Shown here piece by piece: positions 46,673-57,184 of a stretch of DNA of 64,000 nucleotides. The stretch comes from Candidatus Paceibacter sp. GTDB taxonomy: Bacteria; Patescibacteriota; Minisyncoccia; Phycocordibacterales; BOKC01. Numbering within the stretch: the first letter of the stretch is position 1; each line of letters begins with the position of its first letter. Below the pieces are notes generated by a model. That model did not search any database and was not told the origin of the DNA. It saw only the letters and a program-made list of their open reading frames with translations. The translations under genes and the position numbers were made by a program. Where the stretch lies: the NCBI GenBank assembly GCA_020724885.1, contig DYGD01000003.1:3103-67102 (forward strand), given 5' to 3'.

Positions 46673-47644
46673 TTATCTGTGGGCTAGCAAAAACCTGTCC
46701 AGAATTTCCCGAAAAGTTTCTATTTCGTCGGTGATTAAAAGATGGCGATTGTCCAAAAACGAATACAAAACAATCGTCTCGCCGGCGCGCCCTCGCAAAA
46801 TTCTCAAGTCGCGGTTTCTGACTGTCGTGTCTTCAAAGTTTTCCCTCGCTTCCCCGCTTTTAGCGATTAAATCCCGCAAATCTCCCGCCAAATTTTTCTC
46901 CCAAGCAAGCATACCGGCAAAAGTATGCTCAAAGGACTCAATTTCCAGAATTAAAAACGGCGAAATATTTTCTTTGGCGAAGAAACCAAAAGTTATCTTC
47001 TCGCCCAAGGCCCGCAGTAAAGACGGCGGCGCGCCCCTTGCTGATATTTCCAGAAAAGTTTCAGCGTTTAGGGAAACATCCATTGTCGTTGCCTGTTGGG
47101 TCAGGTAAAGAATATTGATGCCGGAGTCGTCTGCCGTGTTGGCCGATTCGTTTCTTATGACCCCGACCAAATTTTCTCGGTTGAGTTCGGCCAGCGGAAC
47201 AATTCTCACTAAATCGCCACGGATGATTGTGTCGGCGGGTATTGTTCTTTCCACTGGAATTTCTTTAACCACTTTTTTGTTTTGAATAATCCGCGCCACT
47301 TGGAAAGATAGCAAAATACCACCCAACACAACCAAAAAAACCAAGCCGAAAACGGCAACTTTTTTGACCGTGGAATAATCGGATGCCCGACGCTCTATAT
47401 CCGGTGTCGGTTTTTTGCTTTTTTCTTTCGCCTGCTCTTTTTCTTCTCTTTTCTTTTGCTCTTCCAGCCGGACTTTGGTTTGCGAGGCCTCTTTTTCCCG
47501 GACTAACTCGGCCAAATCCCGCTCGTAGGTTCGGATTGGTTTTACCGCGCGAAAATAGTTTTCTTGTTCAGGAGAAATACCGCCTGCTTTTGTGGCGGAT
47601 CTATTGTCAGGTTCTGGAACTTTGCGCAGGTTTTCCGGAGGCAT
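46673..47644 (-). CDS. Single-TM hypothetical protein
   Basis: IRTYERD, central TM, FAGMLAWE, F.D..VRNRD.R. Confidence 0.7.
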   Translation of the reverse strand: MPPENLRKVPEPDNRSATKAGGISPEQENYFRAVKPIRTYERDLAELVREKEASQTKVRLEEQKKREEKEQAKEKSKKPTPDIERRASDYSTVKKVAVFGLVFLVVLGGILLSFQVARIIQNKKVVKEIPVERTIPADTIIRGDLVRIVPLAELNRENLVGVIRNESANTADDSGINILYLTQQATTMDVSLNAETFLEISARGAPPSLLRALGEKITFGFFAKENISPFLILEIESFEHTFAGMLAWEKNLAGDLRDLIAKSGEARENFEDTTVRNRDLRILRGRAGETIVLYSFLDNRHLLITDEIETFREILDRFLLAHR

Positions 47645-49763
47645 TGTGGTTTGGATTTGAAAGTTTGTTTTTTATGAAATCCGGATCGGTGTCTTTGAGT
47701 GAAAGCTTGATCCGATCGCGTTCGTCAATTTCTTTAATTATAACAGGTATTTTTTCTCCCAAACTCAAGACGTTTTCAACTTTTTCAATCCTCATCGGAG
47801 CGATTTCGGAAATGTGAAGCAGGCCTTCGGTATTGGCGCCGATTTTTACAAAGGCGCCGAATTCAACGATTTTGGTTATCTCGCCGATAAATTTTTCACC
47901 AGCCAAATATTCTCTGGTCATTTCTCGGATAATGATGGCGGCTTTTTCGGCCGAGCCGTTTTTGCCGGTGATAAAGACCGAGCCGTCGTCTTCTATGTCA
48001 ATTTCAACTTGAGTTGTGTCTTTTATTTGGTTGATGGTCTTGCCGCCGGAGCCGATGACTAGACCAATTTGATCGGGTTTTATTTTAACAATCACAATTT
48101 CCGGCGCGTTGGGAGAAATTTTTTCTCTAGGACTGGCAATTTCGGCTTCAATTTTATCCAAGATTTGCATTCGCGCCTCGCGACCGCGTTGCAAGGCCTC
48201 AATCAAAACCGAAACCGGCACGCCGTGGACTTTCACGTCCATTTGAACGGCGGTGATTCCTTCTCTGGTGCCGGCGACTTTAAAATCCATATCGCCGTGA
48301 TGATCTTCCGGCCCCTGAATATCCGTCAAAATCTTATATCTTTTCTCATCTTCCATCATCAACCCCATAGCAATACCGGCAACTGGCCGCTTTATCGGCA
48401 CGCCGCCATCCATAAGCGCCAAGGCGCCGGCGCAGACGGAAGCCATTGAAGTAGAACCATTGGAAGCCAGGCACTCCGAGACCAGACGAATGGTGTATGG
48501 GAATTCTTCTTTGTTTGGTAGAACGGCTGAAAGAGCTTTTTCAGCCAGAGCGCCATGGCCGACCATCCGCCGGTTGAAACCGCCGACCCGGCCGGTTTCT
48601 CCGGTGGAAAAAGGCGGAAAATTGTAATGATGCATAAACCTCTTCTGGGTTTGGAATTCCATAGCGTCTATTACTTGCGAATCGCCAGGACCACCCAAAG
48701 TCAATACTGACAAAACATGGGTGCCGCCCCGATAGAAAACGCCCGAGCCGTGTAGTATCGGCGAAATTCCGCCGGCTTTGGCAAAAAGCGGTCGGATTTC
48801 ATCAATTTTTCGCCCGTCAGCTCGCTTCTCGTTCTCTATGGCTTCTTGATGAATCAGTTCGTTCACTCTTTCTTCAAAGTATTCTTTGGCTAAATTTACA
48901 TCAGTGTCAGGTACTTTTTCTAAGAAAATTTCAAGCCAAATTTCAGAGAGTTCCGAGATTTTTTCCTTTTGGCCGCTAAATATGTATTCCGGCATTTTTT
49001 CGGCGATGTTTTCATTGAAAGTCCGTATTAATTGCTCCGGAAACTCAACTTTTTCCACTACAATTTTTTCCTGCCCGATTTCTTTAATGATGCTCCTCTG
49101 GAATTGTTGTAATTTCTCAATCTCTGAAAGAGCCAATTCAAAGGCCTCGGCTAGTTCTCCCTCTTTTACTTCCAAAGCTCCGACTTCAATCATATTGATA
49201 CTACCTTCTTTACCACAACATAAAATATCAGCTTGATATTCTGCCCCATCGCGGTTTTGGTAGGTCGGATTGATTTCAGGCTGGTTATTTTGTTTGTTTT
49301 TTCCGAGGCGGACGGCGCTGACCGGTCCGTTCCAAGGAATTTTGGAAGTTCCGAGTGCCAGTGACGCGCCGATCACCGATAAGACATCGGGGTCGTATTC
49401 GCCAAGCGAGAGCACGTTAATAATTACCTGCACTTCGTGCCGGATATGTTGTTCAAAAAGAGGCCTGATTGTCCGATCCACAATCCGGCCGGAAAGGATG
49501 GCCTCTTCAGTCGGTCGTCCTTCGCGGCGGGTGTATCGGCTGCCCAAAATCTTGCCGGCGGCATAGAATTTTTCTTCAAAATCAACAGTTAGCGGGAAAA
49601 AGTCGGTATTGTCTTTGGGAAATTTTGAAATGACGGCGGTAGCCAGAACCACCGTATCTCCCATTCTGACAAAAACCGAACCATTGGCCTGGTCTGCTAA
49701 ATCATTAAATTCTACCGAGAGTTTTTGCCCGGCTATGTCCAAAAAATACTCTTTCTTATTCAT
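47607..49763 (-). CDS. pnp: Polyribonucleotide nucleotidyltransferase
   Basis: FFPLTVD, HYNFPPFSTGE, SNGSTSMAS, GDMDFKVAG, KH and S1 domains. Confidence 0.97.
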   Translation of the reverse strand: MNKKEYFLDIAGQKLSVEFNDLADQANGSVFVRMGDTVVLATAVISKFPKDNTDFFPLTVDFEEKFYAAGKILGSRYTRREGRPTEEAILSGRIVDRTIRPLFEQHIRHEVQVIINVLSLGEYDPDVLSVIGASLALGTSKIPWNGPVSAVRLGKNKQNNQPEINPTYQNRDGAEYQADILCCGKEGSINMIEVGALEVKEGELAEAFELALSEIEKLQQFQRSIIKEIGQEKIVVEKVEFPEQLIRTFNENIAEKMPEYIFSGQKEKISELSEIWLEIFLEKVPDTDVNLAKEYFEERVNELIHQEAIENEKRADGRKIDEIRPLFAKAGGISPILHGSGVFYRGGTHVLSVLTLGGPGDSQVIDAMEFQTQKRFMHHYNFPPFSTGETGRVGGFNRRMVGHGALAEKALSAVLPNKEEFPYTIRLVSECLASNGSTSMASVCAGALALMDGGVPIKRPVAGIAMGLMMEDEKRYKILTDIQGPEDHHGDMDFKVAGTREGITAVQMDVKVHGVPVSVLIEALQRGREARMQILDKIEAEIASPREKISPNAPEIVIVKIKPDQIGLVIGSGGKTINQIKDTTQVEIDIEDDGSVFITGKNGSAEKAAIIIREMTREYLAGEKFIGEITKIVEFGAFVKIGANTEGLLHISEIAPMRIEKVENVLSLGEKIPVIIKEIDERDRIKLSLKDTDPDFIKNKLSNPNHNASGKPAQSSRT

Positions 49764-50059
49764 TGTCTTTTTGTCTGCGCGCTAAGTTTGGTGGTGCGAG
49801 ATTAGCTCGCCCCCAGATTCTAGAGAGAAATCGAATTTTAAACCGATTTCACGCTATTTATCCGAAGACCAGCTGGTTATTGATAACGAAATCAATATAT
49901 CAAATTATCCACCTACTGGCCAATTACTGGATTACCGTTATTTATTTTTGGTATACTGATAGTCAGGTATCTTTATTAAGAGGTCGAATAAATTATCAGC
50001 TACTTCTCTTGCGCGTGAGTAAGCTTTTGTTTGGCTAATCCTCGGGCGAGAGATAAAAA

Positions 50060-50314
50060 ATGAAAAACAACGCTTTAAATTGGATCGCTTGGCTTTTGGT
50101 GGTTGTCGGAGCTCTTAATTGGGGGCTCGTCGGCCTCGGTTCTTTCTTGGGTGGAAACTGGAATCTTGTAAACTGGATTCTCGGCAGTTGGCCGGTTGTT
50201 GAAAACTTGGTTTATCTTTTGGTTGGTGTTGCTGGCGTTCTGTTTATTTTCAGCGGCAGATGCCGAACCTGTATGCCGAAGAGTTCTCAAGGTGGTTCAG
50301 CGCCGATGGCTTAG
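50060..50314 (+). CDS. DUF378-family small membrane protein
   Basis: LVVVGALNWGLVG..NLV..VYLLVG. Confidence 0.85.
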   Translation: MKNNALNWIAWLLVVVGALNWGLVGLGSFLGGNWNLVNWILGSWPVVENLVYLLVGVAGVLFIFSGRCRTCMPKSSQGGSAPMA

Positions 50315-50441
50315 GTCATTTTGGATTATAAACCGTTGTTGTCCCAGCTTGGCCACTTTATTATGGCCAAGCTGGGGGGCGCGGTATTTTTTAACTTCTG
50401 TGCCGCAAATTTAAGATGCGGCCATTACAGAGCCAGAAAAA

Positions 50442-51647
50442 ATGTTGGGCCAAATCGCCGGCTTGTCTTTTGAAAAGGACGAGGTCGGCAGTGAAATTTT
50501 AGATAATTTGATCAAAGAGGCGTTCAAGCTAAACGCTTCTGATATTCATATTGACCCAACCCCCAGTGGTTTAAGTGTTAGATTCAGAATAGACGGTAGC
50601 CTGCATCGGCTACCGTCTATTCATTTGGAAAGACACCCCGAAATTGTTTCCAGGATAAAAATTTTGGCTGGTTTGCGAATTGATGAGCATCGCAAAGCGC
50701 AAGACGGCAGAATAAGATTTGATTTGATTGGTAGCGATGGGTTTGTTGATATCAGAATCTCAACTGCGCCATCTTATCATGGGGAAAGCGTGGTATTAAG
50801 AATGCTTTATGATAAAGATGAAGCGATGAGTTTGCAGTCATTGGGTTTTAGTGAGTCCAATTTAGCCAAAATAAAGAGGGCGATGGGTAAAACAGGTGGG
50901 ATGATTTTGGCTACCGGCCCGACTGGTAGTGGCAAAACAACAACACTTTATTCTATTCTCAAAGAATTAAATACGGAAGATGCCTCTATTATCACAATTG
51001 AAGAGCCGATTGAGTATTCCATTCACGGAATTAGGCAGATTCAGGTTGATTATGGCAGTCAGATGAATTTTGCCAATGGCTTGCGTTCAATTTTAAGGCA
51101 AGACCCGAACATTATTATGGTCGGGGAAATTCGTGATCGGGAAACGGCGGCCATTGCGGTTAACGCGGCTTTGACTGGACACCTTCTTCTCTCAACCTTG
51201 CATACCAATGACGCCGCCTCTGCTCTGCCTCGTCTTATGGATATGGGTATTGAACCTTTCCTTTTGGCTTCAACTTTCAATTTGGCGATTAACCAGCGGT
51301 TGGTTAAAAAAATTTGTTTGAATTGCCGAACGAAGTTTGATGTCGGGGATTCGCAGAGAAAAACACTAGAAGAACTACTTAACAAATCTTTGCGAGACAT
51401 TGTGTTTTACAAAGGACTTGGTTGCGATCGCTGTCATCAAAGTGGCTATTCTGGTCGGACTTTGGTTGCCGAAGTTCTGGCTCTTAATGAAGAGATTCGT
51501 CGTCTGATAGTTGAGAAAAAAACTGCTGGCGAGATTAGGCAGAGAGCGGTCAAAAACGGCATGCCCCCGCTTTTAAGCGACGGCATTGCCAAGGCCTCGC
51601 TTGGTATTACAAGCTTGGAAGAGGCCCTGCGGGTTGGTTATGAGTAA
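50442..51647 (+). CDS. GspE/PilB ATPase (short, second paralog)
   Basis: ASDIHIDP, GPTGSGKTTTL, LRQDPNIIMVGEIRD, two CxxC. Confidence 0.9.
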   Translation: MLGQIAGLSFEKDEVGSEILDNLIKEAFKLNASDIHIDPTPSGLSVRFRIDGSLHRLPSIHLERHPEIVSRIKILAGLRIDEHRKAQDGRIRFDLIGSDGFVDIRISTAPSYHGESVVLRMLYDKDEAMSLQSLGFSESNLAKIKRAMGKTGGMILATGPTGSGKTTTLYSILKELNTEDASIITIEEPIEYSIHGIRQIQVDYGSQMNFANGLRSILRQDPNIIMVGEIRDRETAAIAVNAALTGHLLLSTLHTNDAASALPRLMDMGIEPFLLASTFNLAINQRLVKKICLNCRTKFDVGDSQRKTLEELLNKSLRDIVFYKGLGCDRCHQSGYSGRTLVAEVLALNEEIRRLIVEKKTAGEIRQRAVKNGMPPLLSDGIAKASLGITSLEEALRVGYE

Positions 51648-52725
51648 TTTATTTGAAAGGTTACAAAGTCGTCTTATCGCCGGAAGAAAAATCGGGCTTT
51701 CTGATCAGCTTGATTTTGCCGACCGGCTTTCTTTTCTTCTGAATTCCGACGTACCGATTCTTGAGGCGCTGAAAATTCTGGAGAATCAAACCGGGGATCT
51801 TCGCCGTAAAAATTTTTACCGGCAAATCGCCGGGGAAATTGCTCTCGGTAAATCTTTTTCTAAAAGTATCAGTCCTTTTGTCAGCAATTTTTTTCTTGGA
51901 GTCGTGGAAGCGGGACAGTCAGGTGGTTTTTTGGGCGCTAACCTGAAATATTTGTCTGACGAACTCAAACGAAAAAAAACAATGCGAAAAAAAGTAATTC
52001 AGGCCCTTGTCTATCCATCTTTCATCGCTTTAGCGACTCTGGCAATTGTCTCTTTTCTTTTGGTCTACATTTTCCCAAAAATCTTGCCGGTGGTCAGAGG
52101 TCTAAATATGGAATTGCCGTATTCCACCCGTTTACTTGTCGCAATAAGCGGTTTTATTTCAAACTTTGGGTTTTATTTTGTCTTGGGAGTCGTTGTTGTC
52201 GTAGTGGTGTTTGTTTTGGCAGTTAGGAAAAATAAAAAATTTAGATTTTCGGTCCATCGGCTAGCTTGGCGTTTGCCGATTTTGGGCAAAATTCACCAGG
52301 ACCTTCTGTTAGCAAATTTTTGCCGGTCTTTTGGGATGCTTTTGGGTAGTGGTTTACCGGCTGATCGGGCGCTTAAATTCAGTTTTTCGTCAGCCAATAA
52401 TCTTTTTATTCGCGCGAAACTATCAGAGATGGAAAAGGCGGTTGCTTGCGGCGCCACGATTTCCGCTTTTTTGTTGGCTGAGCATAAAATTTTTCCGTCA
52501 CAAATTGGAGAGATGGCGGCGGTTGGCGAGCGCACCGGAAATCTTTCATTGGTTTTTATAAACCTCGGAGATTTCTACAGCGAGCAGTTCTCTGATCGGG
52601 TCAAAAATATATCGGCCGTTATTGAACCCGGGCTTCTGGTCCTTGCCGGCCTCATTGTCGGTTTTGTTGCCGTATCAATCATCGCGCCAGTTTATGAGAT
52701 TACGCACGGTTTGCAAAAAAGATAG
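51640..52725 (+). CDS. pilC: GspF/PilC platform protein
   Basis: ALVYPSF, GERTGNL, IEPGLLV; start set at ATG overlapping the preceding stop. Confidence 0.88.
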   Translation: MSNLFERLQSRLIAGRKIGLSDQLDFADRLSFLLNSDVPILEALKILENQTGDLRRKNFYRQIAGEIALGKSFSKSISPFVSNFFLGVVEAGQSGGFLGANLKYLSDELKRKKTMRKKVIQALVYPSFIALATLAIVSFLLVYIFPKILPVVRGLNMELPYSTRLLVAISGFISNFGFYFVLGVVVVVVVFVLAVRKNKKFRFSVHRLAWRLPILGKIHQDLLLANFCRSFGMLLGSGLPADRALKFSFSSANNLFIRAKLSEMEKAVACGATISAFLLAEHKIFPSQIGEMAAVGERTGNLSLVFINLGDFYSEQFSDRVKNISAVIEPGLLVLAGLIVGFVAVSIIAPVYEITHGLQKR

Positions 52726-52740
52726 ATTTCACCATCCACT

Positions 52741-53295
52741 ATGCCATTACATTTCGCAGCTAAATTAAAAAAATTTTGGCAGAAACTAATTTTTTATTGC
52801 GCCAGTAATTTTGGTTGGCAGGCGGGATGGAAAAATAAACCGCGATGCCGTAATGGACGTGGGGATAAAGGTTTTTCCATTGTTGAAATTGTTGTGGTCT
52901 TGGGGATTTTAACCTTCTTTTTAGCCGGCGGGATTTTTGTTAGTTTTGGCTCATTGCGAGGCCAGAATTTTTTATCGGAAGAAAAAATGTTAGTGGATCT
53001 TTTGTGGTTGGCTCGCAATCGGTCTTTGAATAATTTTGGAAGCAGTTCTCACGGAGTTTTTATTGATGAGGATAATTTTATTTTGTTTCAGGGCGAAGGA
53101 TTTTCTTATGCTGAAAAATCGGAAGAATTTGCTAGAGACAGAAGTGTGGAAATAAAGACCGACACCGGCGAAAATCAAATTGAAATTATTTTTCAGAAAT
53201 TGACCGGTCAGGTTCTTGACCCAAAAGCCCTGACTATGTCTGATGGCGCCAGGGAAATTTTGATCTCGGTAGGGGCGGAAGGTAGAGTTAATTAG
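52741..53295 (+). CDS. Minor pilin/pseudopilin (FimT/GspH-like)
   Basis: KG|FSIVEIVVVLGIL. Confidence 0.75.
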   Translation: MPLHFAAKLKKFWQKLIFYCASNFGWQAGWKNKPRCRNGRGDKGFSIVEIVVVLGILTFFLAGGIFVSFGSLRGQNFLSEEKMLVDLLWLARNRSLNNFGSSSHGVFIDEDNFILFQGEGFSYAEKSEEFARDRSVEIKTDTGENQIEIIFQKLTGQVLDPKALTMSDGAREILISVGAEGRVN

Positions 53296-53303
53296 CCACC
53301 TTA

Positions 53304-54704
53304 ATGTCAAAGGTTAACAGCCGAATTTTAAATGTTGAAAGAGGTTTCAGCACCGTTGAAATTTTGGTCGCGCTTTTTGTTTTTTCAACCCTGACAGCTT
53401 CGGCTTTTATGTTTTCTTACGGCAGTCAATTTTCAATCACTAAAGCAAAAATTTACCAAGAGCTCTTGGCGCAGGCCCAAGAAGCCACGGAGGACAACAA
53501 GGCCGTTGTCTATAAAGATGTTTCTGGTTTTGAAGTTGAAAGAGATGATGTGAAAATAAATTCGGAGGTTTCTCTGCTTTATGATTTTTCCAAAAAGATA
53601 AAAACCCGCGTCTTTTCGCTGGTTGACAAAAATTTGCGTCCGGTGGAATTGCCACTTTTAATCTCCAATTGGTCAGAGAGTATTGGCGCAAGCACCTGCT
53701 TTAGAACATTACCTCCAGCCGAGAGTTATTCAAAGTTTGGAGAACTAGATTTACAAATAGATTATGCGCCTAAAGATATAGATGTTGTTCGCGGCAAAGC
53801 GTATATAACCGCTAATGGCACGACGGGCAGTGATAATTTTTTTATTGCTGATGTCTCTGATAAAAATTCGCCTATTCTACTTTCCGAGATTTCTACTAAA
53901 AATACTGGCAACGAAAAACTTCATGTGGTTGCCGGTTATGCTTTTGTTGCTAATGACTCAAAAACATCGCAACTGCAAGTAATTAATCTCGCCGATTTTA
54001 ATACTACAAATTTTAGAATTATTTCAGACGACCCGGAAATACCAAATCCGGGACAAGGAATTAGTGTTCTCCACAACAAAAACAAAATTTATCTGGGAAC
54101 AGCGGCCGGAGCAGAATCTGGGCCCGAGTTTCATATTGTGAATGTGGTAAACCCCGCTGCTCCTTTTCTGGAAAATTCTTGGGATATAGGAAATAGAGTA
54201 AATGATATTGTGGTTGAAAATAATTTTGCTTTTTTAGCTTCCGTTAATCCCTATCCGTTGAGGGTGGTTGATATTGGCAACTCGCAATCAGAACCCCTGA
54301 AAATTTTTGTTGAATCTTCAGATAACGAAAGCCAAGCTGGTCAAAATTTATTTCTTCTGGATAATTTTTTAGCTTTGGGACGTTCGGTTTTTAGTCGTCA
54401 TCCTGATTATCACGAGTTTTTAATTTTTGATATGAAACAACCGACCAGTCCGGAAATTATTGACAGCTTTCATCTTGGTCAAAGTGTCAGAGGTTTAGTT
54501 TTTAGAGAAAACTTAATTGTTCTGGCTACTACTTGGGGTAGTAAAAATGAGATCAGTTTTTTTGATTTTGACGGCATTACTTTGACCGAAAATTCTCATA
54601 AAATTGGATTACCGGGAAAACCCACCGCCTTGGATTGTGAAAACGATGTCTTGTATGTTGTCACCGAGGCGCCAAGCAAATTGTTAATTATTGCACCAAA
54701 ATAG
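53304..54704 (+). CDS. Pilin-anchored LVIVD-like beta-propeller protein
   Basis: RG|FSTVEILVAL; repeated F.I.DV..P blades. Confidence 0.75.
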   Translation: MSKVNSRILNVERGFSTVEILVALFVFSTLTASAFMFSYGSQFSITKAKIYQELLAQAQEATEDNKAVVYKDVSGFEVERDDVKINSEVSLLYDFSKKIKTRVFSLVDKNLRPVELPLLISNWSESIGASTCFRTLPPAESYSKFGELDLQIDYAPKDIDVVRGKAYITANGTTGSDNFFIADVSDKNSPILLSEISTKNTGNEKLHVVAGYAFVANDSKTSQLQVINLADFNTTNFRIISDDPEIPNPGQGISVLHNKNKIYLGTAAGAESGPEFHIVNVVNPAAPFLENSWDIGNRVNDIVVENNFAFLASVNPYPLRVVDIGNSQSEPLKIFVESSDNESQAGQNLFLLDNFLALGRSVFSRHPDYHEFLIFDMKQPTSPEIIDSFHLGQSVRGLVFRENLIVLATTWGSKNEISFFDFDGITLTENSHKIGLPGKPTALDCENDVLYVVTEAPSKLLIIAPK

Positions 54705-54707
54705 TTC

Positions 54708-55310
54708 GTGAAACTGAAAGCCAGACAGCGAGTTTTCAATATCAATTTGGCAAACATTGTCGCGGGTTATCAAATGTCCTCAAATTTAATTGAAATGCTA
54801 AAAATCAAAGATCAAACACTCGCTTCACGTCGCGCCAGAGATTTTGTTCCGGATCTAAACTCTCCCAAGGGCTTTCTTTTGGTTGAAGTTGTTTTGTATA
54901 TTGCTCTCTTTTCAATCATTGTTGTCGGGGCGACAGTCGGTTTATACAACCTTTCTTCTGCCAACCGAGGTTTGGAATATCAGACGGCGCTTATCAATGA
55001 AACGGAATTTATTTTAAAAAAAATCGATCTGGTCTTATCTGACGTTTCTCAAATTTTTGAAGTCGGGGAAACCCTGGTTGTTTCTAATAGTGCTGGCGAA
55101 ACTCTAAGAATTGGATTAGAAGATGGAACGGTTTTTCTCCAATCTTTCTCTGAAAAACATTTTTTAAACGGCGATGTAATATGGGTGGAGGAGTTGGAAT
55201 TTGAAAAAGCCGATATCGGTTTGTCTGACAGATTTTTTGTAAAGATTTCTCTGGAGGCCGGCGGAGAAAAATTTAGCACGTCGCGCCTAGGTTATTTTAA
55301 TGAAAAATAA
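54708..55310 (+). CDS. Minor pilin (PilW/GspJ-like); start uncertain
   Basis: KG|FLLVEVVLYIALF. Confidence 0.7.
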   Translation: MKLKARQRVFNINLANIVAGYQMSSNLIEMLKIKDQTLASRRARDFVPDLNSPKGFLLVEVVLYIALFSIIVVGATVGLYNLSSANRGLEYQTALINETEFILKKIDLVLSDVSQIFEVGETLVVSNSAGETLRIGLEDGTVFLQSFSEKHFLNGDVIWVEELEFEKADIGLSDRFFVKISLEAGGEKFSTSRLGYFNEK

Positions 55311-55722
55311 AATTTATTTTGGAAAATGTGCTGAAGGGTATGTTGCTCTCATGGCGGTGCTCATAATTTCTTTAGTGACTTTGATGGCGGCTTCGGCAAC
55401 TTCTTTTGGTGGTTTTGGCGGGTTGTCGGCTGTTCTCAATAGAGAGAACAAAGAGATAAGTTTGAATTTGGCGTGGTCTTGTCTGGATCAGGCGATTTTG
55501 CGAACTGTCCAAAGTCCGAGCTGGCAGTTAAAAGATGAAGGCGAGAATGTTTTTATAGACAGTTGGTCGTGTGAAATTGTCAGTATTGAAAAAGAGGAAG
55601 ATCAGTTTTTGATAAAGACATTTTCTGAAGTTGGCCGAGCCGCAACTCAGCTTGAGACGAGAGTGGAAATAAAGACAGATGGCGGTCTACAAGTGAAGAT
55701 TTTTTCCGTCAGGGAAATTTAA
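55300..55722 (+). CDS. Minor pilin (PilX/GspK-like)
   Basis: G|YVALMAVLII lacking Glu5; A.SC...A motif. Confidence 0.7.
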   Translation: MKNKIYFGKCAEGYVALMAVLIISLVTLMAASATSFGGFGGLSAVLNRENKEISLNLAWSCLDQAILRTVQSPSWQLKDEGENVFIDSWSCEIVSIEKEEDQFLIKTFSEVGRAATQLETRVEIKTDGGLQVKIFSVREI

Positions 55723-56415
55723 AAGCAACACAGAAGACACGGCGATGGCGGCGGTTTCGGCGCGGAGGATTTGTTCGCCTAACGAAACAATCGGAATTTT
55801 ATTTTTTTCAAACACCTTTATTTCATTTTCAGTCCAACCACCTTCGGGACCCACCAAAATTCCGATTTTTTTAGCCCCAAAATTTTCTGAAGAAAATTTT
55901 GGGGCATCGGGTTCAAGCGCAAGATAAACCCTTCCCTCTTCCCGACTTGCCAAGAAATCTGCGAGTTTGGCGAGGTCAAAAATTTCAGGCACGACAGCTT
56001 TGCCTGACTGCTCGGCCGCTTCAATTATAATTTTTCTGCTTCTTTCCAAGTTTAATTTTAACTTTATGCTTCGCTCGGAGATGACCGGTATGATTTTTGA
56101 GACACCAAGCTCGGTGGCTTTTTCCAGAACCAACTCAAAGCCCTCTCTTTTTATAATTGACGGAATGAGATGCAAATCGGTTTTTGGTTTGAATAAAACC
56201 GGATGCTCTTCAATAAAAGAAATTTCGACACCCTTGTCCGAGATGTTTTTAATGAGACATAGAAATTCACTGCCGTTGCCGTCAAAAAGGATAACCTTGT
56301 CGCCCGCTTTGAATCGCAGAACCTTTCTCCATTGGTTTAGCAGGGTCTTATCCGAAACGATCAATCTTTCGCCGGTATTGATTTTTTGATTTATAAAAAA
56401 ACGATGAAAACGCAT
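55687..56415 (-). CDS. rsmE: 16S rRNA m3U1498 methyltransferase
   Basis: KATELGV, EAAEQSG, GPEGGW, LRAETAA; start set at ATG 56415. Confidence 0.93.
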   Translation of the reverse strand: MRFHRFFINQKINTGERLIVSDKTLLNQWRKVLRFKAGDKVILFDGNGSEFLCLIKNISDKGVEISFIEEHPVLFKPKTDLHLIPSIIKREGFELVLEKATELGVSKIIPVISERSIKLKLNLERSRKIIIEAAEQSGKAVVPEIFDLAKLADFLASREEGRVYLALEPDAPKFSSENFGAKKIGILVGPEGGWTENEIKVFEKNKIPIVSLGEQILRAETAAIAVSSVLLLNFPDGKNLHL

Positions 56416-56480
56416 TTTTAATTTCAAATTTAGAATTTCAAATTTCAAATTTGCAATCTAAAATCTGCAATTTATGATTT
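56416..56480. repeat. Degenerate AATTTCA heptamer tandem repeats
   Basis: AATTTCA AATTTAG AATTTCA AATTTCA AATTTGC AATCTAA AATCTGC. Confidence 0.7.
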
Positions 56481-56544
56481 GCTAACTTAACTACACTTTG
56501 ATAACATGTTCCATTATAAAAGCAAAAGAAATAAGTAAAGTAAA

Positions 56545-57129
56545 ATGCTTATTCCAACAGTCATAGAAAAGTCCCAATTCGGTGAACGGGCTTACGATAT
56601 CTACTCTCGTTTGCTAAAAGAAAGGATTATTTTTCTGGGCGGGCCGATTGACGACCACATCGCCAATTTGGTTATTGCCCAGCTTTTGTTTTTAGAATCG
56701 GAGGACTCAAAAAAAGACGTTTCTTTATACATCAATTCTCCCGGTGGTTCGGTCACGGCGACTTTGGCGATGCTAGACACTATGAATCACATAAAACCTG
56801 ATGTTTCCACCGTTTGTGTCGGCATTGCCGCTTCCGGCGCCGCCATCCTTTTGGCTGCCGGCGAAAAAGGTAAACGCTTTGCCCTGCCAAATGCCGAAGT
56901 GATGGTGCACCAGCCGTGGGGTGGAGTGCAAGGCCAAGCCACCGACATTGAAATTACTGCCAAGCATATTTTGCAAACTCGCGACAAGCTCAACAAAATT
57001 TTAGCCGAACATACCAGTCAATCTTTGGAAAAAATAGAAAAAGACGTAGACAGGGATTTCTTTATGTCGGCCGAAGAAGCCAAAAAGTACGGCATCATAG
57101 ACAAGATCCACCAACCTAGAAATTCTTAA
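56545..57129 (+). CDS. clpP: ATP-dependent Clp protease proteolytic subunit
   Basis: [33 protein letters not shown]. Confidence 0.97.
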   Translation: MLIPTVIEKSQFGERAYDIYSRLLKERIIFLGGPIDDHIANLVIAQLLFLESEDSKKDVSLYINSPGGSVTATLAMLDTMNHIKPDVSTVCVGIAASGAAILLAAGEKGKRFALPNAEVMVHQPWGGVQGQATDIEITAKHILQTRDKLNKILAEHTSQSLEKIEKDVDRDFFMSAEEAKKYGIIDKIHQPRNS

Positions 57130-57150
57130 TCACTTTTCCACGCTATAATC

Positions 57151-57178
57151 TTGACTAAAGTCCGGTTTCAGCTATACT
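57151..57178 (+). promoter_or_regulatory. sigma70 promoter TTGACT-N16-TATACT
   Basis: Read directly from the sequence. Confidence 0.7.
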
Positions 57179-57184
57179 TGAATA

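Noticed and set aside
49990-50058. Hairpin leader before the DUF378 gene as a riboswitch
   Set aside because: Only one stem (TCTCTTGC..GCGAGAGA); no recognisable aptamer.
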